Shown here: positions 1 to 7,599 of the stretch, in pieces
Layout: the number at the start of each line of letters is the position of its first letter
Numbering within the stretch: position 1 is the stretch's first letter
The notes under the pieces: model-generated
Seen by the model: only the letters and a program-made list of their open reading frames with translations
What the model was told of the DNA's origin: nothing
Database searches by the model: none
Made by a program: the position numbers and the translations under genes
NCBI RefSeq assembly: GCF_017348835.2
Contig: NZ_CP072313.1
DNA: 36,351 nucleotides
Source of the DNA: Escherichia coli
GTDB taxonomy: Bacteria > Pseudomonadota > Gammaproteobacteria > Enterobacterales > Enterobacteriaceae
Direction: 5' to 3' (one strand)

Positions 1-79
1 AGTGAGTGGGCGAGGAAGCGGAAGACTGCCAGGCCTGAATTGCGCTTGTGAGAAGGGGCCACAAGCCCCTTCCCGTCTT

Positions 80-391
80 TCATGGTAAATCACCACAACC
101 GAGAGGACAGCAATCGCGATCAAAGCCGTGACAACAATAGCCATTGGCATAGCCGTTGCGTATCTCTTCAGCAATCTCTTTCGCAGAAAGATAATCAAAT
201 TCCTTGCGAGCCAGTTCAAACGCCTGGGCGTGTTGTTCTTCCGGCAATCTGGCGACAACTTTATCAATCGCAGCACTCAAACGACGTTGGTATAGCTCAA
301 AAACAAGACCACAACCAGGCATGATCTCTTTTGATAAAATATCCAGTTCTGAGAGAAATTTTTCACTATCAAAAGTATCCATCATCTTCAC
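80..391 (-). CDS. hypothetical protein (103 aa), Cys-rich C-terminus; first gene of the putative leading-region island
   Basis: ORF in the track, same orientation as the neighbouring small genes; no family recognised by eye. Confidence 0.45.
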   Translation of the reverse strand: MKMMDTFDSEKFLSELDILSKEIMPGCGLVFELYQRRLSAAIDKVVARLPEEQHAQAFELARKEFDYLSAKEIAEEIRNGYANGYCCHGFDRDCCPLGCGDLP

Positions 392-430
392 CTTCGTAAG
401 TTACCTGACATTATTTCTGCATCAGTTAAT

Positions 431-454
431 AACAGGGGCTATTAAGCCCCTGTT
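431..454. terminator. perfect hairpin AACAGGGGCT-ATTA-AGCCCCTGTT between two minus-strand genes (terminator or attenuator candidate)
   Basis: 10-bp inverted repeat read directly; flanked by A/T-rich sequence. Confidence 0.3.
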
Positions 455-458
455 ATAT

Positions 459-692
459 TTATTTTCCTTCTATAGCGATTCTTCTAAGCTCATGAAGGAT
501 ACAAGCCGTTTGATCTACCAGATTTTCGTCATGAATGATGTTTTCTGCTATTAACTCGTTAAACGCTACGACCAGAAAATATGACTCTCTATAAACGTCA
601 TCCTGATCAAATTCTGCCGCTCTATACTTTGAATAGATGATAATGCCGCGATCTTGAATTTTCTGAATTTGCTTAATCACTTCTGAAGTCAT
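459..692 (-). CDS. hypothetical protein (77 aa), first gene downstream of module A1 promoter
   Basis: ORF in the track; start codon preceded on the minus strand by the conserved GGACAGGAGA Shine-Dalgarno shared by all three modules. Confidence 0.5.
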   Translation of the reverse strand: MTSEVIKQIQKIQDRGIIIYSKYRAAEFDQDDVYRESYFLVVAFNELIAENIIHDENLVDQTACILHELRRIAIEGK

Positions 693-1123
693 TTTTAATC
701 TCCTGTCCGTTTGGACTTAAGAAGGAAAGGAGCCTGTCCCCTTTCGATGAAACAATAATACATCTATTTGGATGTATCATCAAGATTTCTGGCCTGAAAA
801 ACGGTAAATTATTTGGTGGTTGCACGCTTTTTATCCGCGCCAGCGGATGGAAGGGGCGAACGAAAAAACCAGGGGAGCACAAGAGCCACATCGCCCCGGG
901 GCGCGGCAACGCCGCTACTGTTATCAACCGGAACCAGGGATACCCTCCCGCCCTGCTAAGCCCGACTGACTCACAGACAACGATGACGCTGATTTGCGCC
1001 GCAGAATGCCGCAGTTAGCGCTCGCGCCAGCGAGTTTACGCCGTCCAGGGTTTACTTGGACGGGGCGCTGTACTGCGCGTGTGAGCGTCAGCGAGCTACG
1101 GGTGCAACACACCAGAAGTTAAA
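693..1123 (+). repeat. type-A module copy 1: conserved 5'UTR plus promoter plus about 300-bp GC-rich structured element
   Basis: aligns along its length with 2453-2866 and 4523-4950; GC-rich core also matches 21376-21657; contains hairpins ATCCGC-GCCA-GCGGAT and CCGTCCAGG-loop-CCTGGACGG. Confidence 0.8.
755..783 (-). promoter_or_regulatory. sigma70-type promoter of module A1 (-35 TTGATG, 17-bp spacer, -10 TATTAT on the minus strand)
   Basis: hexamers read on the reverse complement; near-identical promoter repeated at 2515-2543 and 4585-4613; A/T-rich UP-like sequence just upstream. Confidence 0.55.
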
Positions 1124-1409
1124 CCGCTCTTAATATGGTTTGCATTAAAATCTTTCTTGACGAATCCTCATTAATATCACACTTGAAGGAAATTATTTTT
1201 ATTGCTCTCTTTTTCAGAGCGCTTTTTATTTGAACTGTTGATAATAAATCCTTGTAAATCGGATGAAGATAAACCCCATATTTATCTTCAAAAGCTCTAT
1301 CAATTTTTGATGCATTCATAATAGCATCAAAACAATTATCATCATCCACAGGGCAAGCTGTCCAAAACATCATTTCAACAGCCATTTTCTTAGCTTCATT
1401 AATCATCAT
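1119..1409 (-). CDS. hypothetical protein (96 aa)
   Basis: ORF in the track; its stop codon lies inside the conserved 3' end of element A1 (CCAGAAGTTAA). Confidence 0.5.
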   Translation of the reverse strand: MMINEAKKMAVEMMFWTACPVDDDNCFDAIMNASKIDRAFEDKYGVYLHPIYKDLLSTVQIKSALKKRAIKIISFKCDINEDSSRKILMQTILRAV

Positions 1410-1470
1410 CCCCCCTTTTATTACTTAAGGCGACTATAGTTACATATAGCACTTTTGTCTCAATATATGA

Positions 1471-1497
1471 AGGGGCGGAAATGCCCCTTTTTATTTA
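1471..1497 (-). terminator. hairpin AGGGGC-GGAAAT-GCCCCT with adjacent T/A runs (terminator candidate, possibly bidirectional)
   Basis: inverted repeat read directly; followed by TTTTTATTT on the plus strand. Confidence 0.3.
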
Positions 1498-1632
1498 AAA
1501 CATTTCATACCCTTGCAAGTAGTTTAACCACCACCGAAATTGATCCCACTCACTAAACGTCATTGCTGGAATTCTGGTTTCCCAGCCTTTGACAAGAGAA
1601 TCAGCAAGCTGTACGATCTGCCGAGTTGACAT
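1495..1632 (-). CDS. small hypothetical ORF (45 aa, MSTRQIVQLADSLVKGWETRIPAMTFSEWDQFRWWLNYLQGYEMF), not in the ORF track
   Basis: ATG preceded by GAGG about 8 nt upstream on the minus strand; too short for the 60-aa track cut-off. Confidence 0.3.
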   Translation of the reverse strand: MSTRQIVQLADSLVKGWETRIPAMTFSEWDQFRWWLNYLQGYEMF

Positions 1633-1710
1633 TTAAAAACCTCATTATTCAGTTTTGATTGTCGATAACGTGATCAGGTTGGTGGAACAACCTGATCACA
1701 CCTTGAATAG

Positions 1711-2076
1711 TCAGTCATTACCCTCCTTCTTTTCTATAGTTACTGTGTATCCGTAAAGGGTCAAAATGCGATAAGCATCCAACGCCTCACGCTCACTTTT
1801 AAATGTTCTGACTTCGTGTAATCCATTACCTTTATCAAGGGATACACAAAACTCATAATCTTCTTCTACTTCTATCTTTTTAATTAATTTATCAAGTTCG
1901 GCTAATGTTCGTTTTGGCTCAAAAAGAAATGTGCATTGTACAATGGCGTTTAAACCTTCCCGATCAAGCTCTAACAGAGCATCATTATAAGCAGCTTTAA
2001 AACAGCGATTATTACGCAGATCAGATGCAAACTGCATTGCGGCTTGTTTTAACGTTTTCATGAATTTCCCTTGCAT
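1711..2076 (-). CDS. hypothetical protein (121 aa)
   Basis: ORF in the track; co-oriented with module genes; followed by a 12-bp inverted repeat (GTGATCAGGTTG...CAACCTGATCAC) at 1669-1697. Confidence 0.5.
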   Translation of the reverse strand: MQGKFMKTLKQAAMQFASDLRNNRCFKAAYNDALLELDREGLNAIVQCTFLFEPKRTLAELDKLIKKIEVEEDYEFCVSLDKGNGLHEVRTFKSEREALDAYRILTLYGYTVTIEKKEGND

Positions 2077-2152
2077 TGATGTTAATAGACAATTTCAGAA
2101 TCAATATTGAAATTTCCAGAAAATGCAGGGTTCCCCCCTGCATTTATAATGC

Positions 2153-2452
2153 TTAACGAAGGCACTCAATAAAATCTTTAAAACTCAAGCATTCATCGCC
2201 ATCTTTTAACGAATCAAAATATTTTTCATATTCGTCCCTATAGAAAAGGACTAAATCAACATCACTCTGCTTAAGTTCGCCAAACTGAGGAACAATTCCG
2301 GTTTTATAGTCACGAATTTTATTGTTATCAGTAAATATGACAACATACTGTTGTCCCGTATCTTTATGGATAAGGGCAATAGTGCAAAGTGTTACTCGTT
2401 CTAATGTGAAAACATAGTTTGTGGTTGAGGTAAAAACAGGTGAGCATTTCAT
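2153..2452 (-). CDS. hypothetical protein (99 aa), first gene downstream of module A2 promoter
   Basis: ORF in the track; preceded by the conserved 5'UTR and Shine-Dalgarno of the type-A module. Confidence 0.5.
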   Translation of the reverse strand: MKCSPVFTSTTNYVFTLERVTLCTIALIHKDTGQQYVVIFTDNNKIRDYKTGIVPQFGELKQSDVDLVLFYRDEYEKYFDSLKDGDECLSFKDFIECLR

Positions 2453-2866
2453 TTAAAATCTCCTGTCCGTTTGGACTTAAGAAGGAAAGGAGCCAATCCC
2501 CTTTCGATGAAACAATAATACATCTATTTAGATGTATTATCAAGATTTCTGGCCTGAAAAACGGTAAATTATTTGATGATTGCACGCTTTTTATCCGCGC
2601 CAGCGGATGGAAGGGGCGAACGAAAAAACCAGGGGAGCACAAGAGCCACATCGCCCCGGGGCGCGGCAACGCCGCTACTGCTATCGACCGGAACCTGGAC
2701 CACCTTCCCCGTCCTGCTAAGCCCGACTGACTCAAAGGCAACGATGGCGCTGATTTGCGCCGCAGAATGCCGCAGTTAGCGCTCGCGCCAGCGAGTTTAC
2801 GCCGTCCAGGAAAACCTGGACGGGGCGCTGTACTGCGCGTGTGAGCGTCAGCGAGCTACGGGCGCA
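2453..2866 (+). repeat. type-A module copy 2
   Basis: near-identical to 693-1123 and 4523-4950; hairpin loop variant CCGTCCAGG-AAAA-CCTGGACGG. Confidence 0.8.
2515..2543 (-). promoter_or_regulatory. sigma70-type promoter of module A2 (-35 TTGATA, 17-bp spacer, -10 TATTAT)
   Basis: same architecture and near-identical sequence as 755-783. Confidence 0.55.
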
Positions 2867-3113
2867 ATTGCTCATTGATTTCGTTGTGCGTCATGTTGCC
2901 CCTTTTACAAAGGACGTATTCAGGGTGTTCTCCAGCAAGCAATAACAGATACTCAAATTCACCTTTTGACAAATTTAATTGGTTGTGGGTTTTTGCTTCC
3001 TTTTTCTGCCATGTACTTAAGCCTACGCCAAAAATTTCACCGCATTCTGTCTGGGTAAGGCCAATTTTTTTACGTAATTTCTTTATGTTTTCCGGTGTAT
3101 TTTCAATAGTCAT
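2856..3113 (-). CDS. XRE-family helix-turn-helix DNA-binding protein (85 aa), possible antitoxin or regulator
   Basis: HTH signature IKKLRKKIGLTQTECGEIFGVGLSTWQKKE; start overlaps upstream gene by 4 nt; stop codon lies in the conserved end of element A2. Confidence 0.6.
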   Translation of the reverse strand: MTIENTPENIKKLRKKIGLTQTECGEIFGVGLSTWQKKEAKTHNQLNLSKGEFEYLLLLAGEHPEYVLCKRGNMTHNEINEQLRP

Positions 3114-3364
3114 GTTTCATTCTCCTTATATTCTTTCATCATGGTTAAAAGAATACTCTTATCAACAGGTTTTAAACCATTTTTTGTAAAATCTATTGCC
3201 CCAACTTCATTTTCATTAAAAACCAGTTCGCTTAACGTTCTCTTTGTCGTTTTAGTTTTTCCTTCTGTGTACACCTTTGAATAGCTGCTTATTTTTTTTA
3301 CAAAATGATATTTTTCATCAATCATTTCAAGATAATAAGTCAATCGCCCTTTGTTTTTTCTCAT
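3110..3364 (-). CDS. hypothetical protein (84 aa), translationally coupled to the HTH gene
   Basis: ORF in the track; 4-nt overlaps at both ends (3361-3364 and 3110-3113). Confidence 0.5.
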   Translation of the reverse strand: MRKNKGRLTYYLEMIDEKYHFVKKISSYSKVYTEGKTKTTKRTLSELVFNENEVGAIDFTKNGLKPVDKSILLTMMKEYKENET

Positions 3365-3903
3365 AACTGTTTCAAATATCCTGTAATTTTAACAAGTTGA
3401 TCTATGTTCAAGCCCCGAATCTGCAAATCATAACGCTCGCCCTGTTTGATGACTTTACCGTTCAATCCGTTTTCAACTTTAAAGCCTGTCAATGCCCCAT
3501 ACCAGCTTTCAAGCTGGACAAGTTGCGATAACATACCTTTCAGGATCAGAATTTCGTCCTTTTTTACCTCCTGGCTTTTCTCATACTCAATCGCCTGTAA
3601 CACCTCCTGCGAAGCATTTATCAGAATTTTTCGCTCGATATCGGCTGCTATATCAACGGGATTCCGCTTCCTAGATAACGTGCAAACATGATGCGGACTA
3701 CGCCAGGAACGACTGTCCACACTCCCCACAACAGAAAATCGCTCTTTTTCCATCCGAATATGCACGGAGTAATTTTTAAACTGCGGTGATGTCAGTTTTA
3801 TACGAGACGGACAATCATCAAGTTTGTTCACGCGCCAGCCGTTCCCCAAGATACGGCAGACAACTTCAAAGACAGGGTGATATTGTTCAAAAAAAGAGTT
3901 CAT
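3361..3903 (-). CDS. hypothetical protein (180 aa), first gene of a three-gene operon
   Basis: ORF in the track; no family recognised. Confidence 0.5.
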   Translation of the reverse strand: MNSFFEQYHPVFEVVCRILGNGWRVNKLDDCPSRIKLTSPQFKNYSVHIRMEKERFSVVGSVDSRSWRSPHHVCTLSRKRNPVDIAADIERKILINASQEVLQAIEYEKSQEVKKDEILILKGMLSQLVQLESWYGALTGFKVENGLNGKVIKQGERYDLQIRGLNIDQLVKITGYLKQL

Positions 3904-4006
3904 CTGTTTTCCTTTTTGCTACGTGGCAGCTGTTCCCGTCTTTTGGGGTTCGATGCCCTAAAAGACGAGCTGGTTATGATATCGGGGGCTTCTGCCCCCG
4001 TTCCGG

Positions 4007-4522
4007 TTACGCTCTGTTTTCCACGCGTTGCCACCCTGTCGCCCTGCGCTGTCCAGTCGTACCGTATTTTGCGCGGATTTCTTCTATCGTGTGTTCTTCA
4101 CGATTCCAGTAACGTTTATGTTCTTCTGGACGATAAAACCATTGTTTTTTCTTTGCCGCCCATTTACACCCGATTTCTTTTAAAGTTTCTTTATGTGTAA
4201 TGGTATCTCCACTAATCCAGACCCAGTTACCTATAACTTCAAATACCAGACCTGATAAACCAGAAAGAACGTTTAATACTTTTTCCAGGTCGTCACCGTA
4301 ATTATATCGAGAATGTTCATCAGTGCTCTGAAACTGATTAATTTTATCGATGTTAGCCATGAGAAAATCAAAAGCTGCATTTACCGCTTTCATCAGTTCA
4401 GCCCCTAAAGGATTACGATCTGGATGATATTTTAACGCAGCTTTTCTGTATGCTGCTTTGATATCTTTTTCGGTTAATTCACCGGATAACCCAAAAACAT
4501 TTAACGCTTCCTGGATATTCAT
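4007..4522 (-). CDS. J-domain (DnaJ-like) protein, 171 aa, first gene downstream of module A3 promoter
   Basis: N-terminal J-domain with the invariant HPD motif (AAYRKAALKYHPDRNP); C-terminal part unrecognised. Confidence 0.7.
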   Translation of the reverse strand: MNIQEALNVFGLSGELTEKDIKAAYRKAALKYHPDRNPLGAELMKAVNAAFDFLMANIDKINQFQSTDEHSRYNYGDDLEKVLNVLSGLSGLVFEVIGNWVWISGDTITHKETLKEIGCKWAAKKKQWFYRPEEHKRYWNREEHTIEEIRAKYGTTGQRRATGWQRVENRA

Positions 4523-4950
4523 TTCAAATCTCCTGTCCGTTTGGACTTAAGAAGGAAAGGAGCCAATCTCCTTTCGATGAAACAATAATACATCTATTTG
4601 GATGTATTATCAAGGTTTCTGATCTGAAAAACGGTAAATTATTTGATGATTGTCACGCTGTTATCCGCGCCAGCGGATGTAAGGGGCGAACGAAAGTTCC
4701 AGGGTAGCACAGGAGCCACATCGCCCCGAAGCGCGGCAACGCCGCTACTGTTATCAACCGGAACCAGGGAACACCCTCCCGCCCTGCTAAGCCCGACTGA
4801 CTCACAGACAACGATGACGCTGATTTGCGCCGCAGAATGCCGCAGTTAGCGCTCGCGCCAGCGAGTTTACGCCGTCCAGGGTTTCCCTGGACGGGGCGCT
4901 GTACTGCGCGTGTGAGCGTCAGCGAGCTACGGGCGCAACACGCCAGAAGT
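4523..4950 (+). repeat. type-A module copy 3
   Basis: near-identical to 693-1123 and 2453-2866. Confidence 0.8.
4585..4613 (-). promoter_or_regulatory. sigma70-type promoter of module A3 (-35 TTGATA, 17-bp spacer, -10 TATTAT)
   Basis: same as the promoters at 755-783 and 2515-2543. Confidence 0.55.
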
Positions 4951-5104
4951 TAAGCAGCCCTCATTGGCATCCCCACGACCTGAAGGACGTGGGGTTACGT
5001 CGCATTTGACAGGGATTCCCCATGTAAATCTTAAAGATTCCTGTTGAACATCTTAAATACTTCTGTAGTATACCTATAGTAATTACCTAACAGGGGAGAC
5101 AGTA

Positions 5105-5770
5105 ATGGCTATTTATGCAATATCAATATCAAAAGGTGGGGTGGGAAAAACCACATCTGCTGTACATATAATCGATGAAATAAAGCCTGACGTTGTTTTC
5201 GATCTGGATTTACACCACAGCCTGAGCATAATTAACAGACTGCGACCAGCTGAAAAAAAATGGTCAATAGTGACAGTTTCAGACAAAGCAGAATTGCTCA
5301 CATATCTGAAAAAAATAAATGACGAAGGAAAAACGGCAGTTATCGACTGCGGGGGGTTTGATGCTGATATTAACCGCATCGCTATAGCTGTTGCTGATGT
5401 GATCATCGTTCCGGCAAATGACGATGTTACTGAGCAGATCGGACTTGCCACCTTCGATGCCGTCCTCGCCGAAATATCCAGACAAACAGGCAGAAATATA
5501 CAGGCCCATGTTCTGATGTGTAAAACACAACCTAATCAGAAAAACTTCCCTGATATGGACGATACAATGAAAAAGGTTAAACATATGGCGCTACTGAACG
5601 CTCGCTTATCATATCGTAAAGGACGCTATGGTTTTACCGATTCTTTGCGTAAAGGAATGGGGATAACCCAAATTAAGCATGGTCGTAGTTCACAGGCAGG
5701 ACGAGAAGTTATAGAGCTTGTAAAAGAATTACGCGCTTTATCTTCAGATAACACAGGTTTTCCTGCATAA
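5105..5770 (+). CDS. parA: ParA-family partition ATPase (small ParF-like)
   Basis: deviant Walker A box KGGVGKTT near the N-terminus; followed by a small RHH-like gene; GGAG Shine-Dalgarno. Confidence 0.8.
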   Translation: MAIYAISISKGGVGKTTSAVHIIDEIKPDVVFDLDLHHSLSIINRLRPAEKKWSIVTVSDKAELLTYLKKINDEGKTAVIDCGGFDADINRIAIAVADVIIVPANDDVTEQIGLATFDAVLAEISRQTGRNIQAHVLMCKTQPNQKNFPDMDDTMKKVKHMALLNARLSYRKGRYGFTDSLRKGMGITQIKHGRSSQAGREVIELVKELRALSSDNTGFPA

Positions 5771-5842
5771 ACCCCAAGAGAACCTTAAAGAAACACAAAG
5801 GATTTACCATAGATATCTTAAGGATTCATAAAGGATTTCCGC

Positions 5843-6082
5843 ATGAAAAACAAGCAATCCATTTTTGATGCCGCTCTCAATATTGGTAACGAAGCGCCTT
5901 TACAGGTAAAAAACGAAACGCCAAAACAACGGACGGTCAGAACAAAAACACTAAAAGCCATACCGACAAGATATTTTGATGCACACCTGAAATTAAGAGA
6001 AACAAATAAAACGAATCTCGATTTTTCCAATTACATAATGGAAGCACTACGGGAAAAACTGGAAAAGGATGGCGGACTTTAA
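5843..6082 (+). CDS. ParG-like ribbon-helix-helix centromere-binding protein (79 aa)
   Basis: position directly after parA; basic N-terminal tail and C-terminal RHH-like segment (NLDFSNYIMEALREKLEK). Confidence 0.55.
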   Translation: MKNKQSIFDAALNIGNEAPLQVKNETPKQRTVRTKTLKAIPTRYFDAHLKLRETNKTNLDFSNYIMEALREKLEKDGGL

Positions 6083-6236
6083 ATCTAAAGGGAACACCCA
6101 GGAAACACTTAGGATATCTGACGGAACCCCCATGTATTTCCATAAGTGTTTTTCGGGGTGCAAGCATCGTTCTTGCATTACAGTATTTCATGAACTACAA
6201 TGTAGTAACATACCTACCAGTATTTGAGGCAAGAAT

Positions 6237-6491
6237 ATGAAGATTACAACTCTATCCAGTCGGGAACTGAATCAGGATGTAACCAGGGCCAAACGCGCCA
6301 CAAGTGATGGTCCCGTATTTATTACGGATCGGGGTAAAACCGCGCACGTACTTCTTAGTATCGAAGAATACAGGAAATTAACGCAACAACGGCGAACTCT
6401 TATTGACATCCTGGCTATGCCTGATGCTGATGATGTTGAATTTGAACCGCAGCGAATTAATGTTGGTTTAAAACCAGCGGAGTTTTTGTAG
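6237..6491 (+). CDS. vapB: type II antitoxin, Phd/YefM-VapB type
   Basis: N-terminal antitoxin fold pattern (VFITDRGKTAHVLLSIEEYRKL); start of the next gene abuts its stop. Confidence 0.8.
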   Translation: MKITTLSSRELNQDVTRAKRATSDGPVFITDRGKTAHVLLSIEEYRKLTQQRRTLIDILAMPDADDVEFEPQRINVGLKPAEFL

Positions 6492-6907
6492 TGTATATTC
6501 TTGATACAAATGTTATTTCTGAGCTACGAAAGGCCCGTACGGGACGTATAGATAATAATGTTGCAAAATGGGCATTGCATACAGACGCGGCAGATTTCTT
6601 TGTATCTGTTATTACCATAATGGAACTTGAACAGGGAATATTACAGGTTGAGCGTCGAGATATACGCCAGGGGATTATGTTACGTTCCTGGATGGACCAG
6701 CATGTGTTACCAGCGTTTTCTGATAAGATACTTCCTGTAGATACTGCGGTTGCCTTACGTTGTGCTCGGTTACATGTTCCCGACAGACGCAGTGAACGAG
6801 ACGCATTAATAGCGGCAACAGCTCTGGTTCATGGGATGACCGTTGTCACCAGAAATGTTGGTGATTTTGAATTAAGCGGAGTATCAATTATTAATCCCTG
6901 GGATTGA
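6491..6907 (+). CDS. vapC: PIN-domain toxin VapC
   Basis: N-terminal MYILDTNVISE PIN signature with conserved acidic residues; classic antitoxin-toxin arrangement. Confidence 0.85.
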   Translation: MYILDTNVISELRKARTGRIDNNVAKWALHTDAADFFVSVITIMELEQGILQVERRDIRQGIMLRSWMDQHVLPAFSDKILPVDTAVALRCARLHVPDRRSERDALIAATALVHGMTVVTRNVGDFELSGVSIINPWD

Positions 6908-7031
6908 TATACCTTCCCTTTTTTAGATGCTGCAAGATTACACAAAGAACACAAAAGGAATACAAAGGATTTCCATAAGACATCTATAGAATTCCTTTTA
7001 GGAATCCAATAAAAATCCCAGCGACGACACA

Positions 7032-7193
7032 TTAAATGCCAAGTTTGCGGCGTGGACTATACAGTGTGTGATTCACCACTATGAATCCTTTGTTGATCCA
7101 CTGTGTTACCTGCGCAGGTTGAACTCCGGTCAGCCTGGCGAACGATGCCTGATTCCCCCGATAGAACTTGTTGATGTATTCAATCAAAGGCAT
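7032..7193 (-). CDS. small Cro/CI-type HTH DNA-binding protein (53 aa, MPLIEYINKFYRGNQASFARLTGVQPAQVTQWINKG...), not in the ORF track
   Basis: ATG with GGAGA about 10 nt upstream on the minus strand; HTH-like QASFARLTGVQPAQVTQW. Confidence 0.5.
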   Translation of the reverse strand: MPLIEYINKFYRGNQASFARLTGVQPAQVTQWINKGFIVVNHTLYSPRRKLGI

Positions 7194-7300
7194 TTTTTAA
7201 TTCTCCGCAACAATACGAAATCATATAGTAATTTACTATATGATTTATCTTTGGCAAGTAATTAACTTATCTGATTTCTTCCATTGGTAAGGGGGCTTTT

Positions 7301-7554
7301 GATGTCGCGCCAGCGACATGTAAGGCGGTACGCTGTGGTTACATGTGGAACTGGAGTAAAACCGCCGAAGCCCGGCGTAAGCCGGTACTGATTGATAGAT
7401 TTCACCTTACCTATCCCCATCCTGCTAAGCCATACCCGCTTTCAGCCATGACGGAGTTTCTGTGCGCGGTCGGAGTGGTCCCGACAAGGGTTTACCCGAA
7501 GTCGGGGCGTATCTCCGCGTTAGCGGGCCGTTAGGGCCGCTTACGAGCGTGTAT
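7301..7554 (+). repeat. type-C structured element copy 1; inverted partner at 35981-36235
   Basis: about 95% identical to the reverse complement of 35981-36235; shares the 5' hairpin and CTGCTAAGCC core with types A and B. Confidence 0.8.
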
Positions 7555-7599
7555 TCGATACTTCCAGCCAGAGGACTGACAGCGACGATGACGCTTAGT

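Noticed and set aside
2573-2779. 68-aa ORFs inside type-A elements (also 4643-4849 and the 137-aa ORF at 21123-21536)
   Set aside because: They lie wholly within the GC-rich structured repeats, lack Shine-Dalgarno sequences, and the variable positions between copies follow base-pairing rather than codon constraints.
693-4950. Integron-like cassette array
   Set aside because: No integrase gene is present and the repeats are 300 bp or more with their own promoters, unlike 60-120 bp attC sites; the cassette idea is kept only as a weak analogy.
5818-6191. Minus-strand ORFs overlapping the RHH gene (5818-6030 and 5937-6191)
   Set aside because: They are antisense to a well-supported partition gene and the intergenic operator region, and have hydrophobic low-complexity translations.
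7343-7534. 63-aa and 75-aa ORFs inside type-C elements (7343-7534 plus strand, 35964-36191 minus strand)
   Set aside because: Same reasoning: the conservation is that of the inverted repeat element, and the ORFs are GC-rich reading-frame artefacts.
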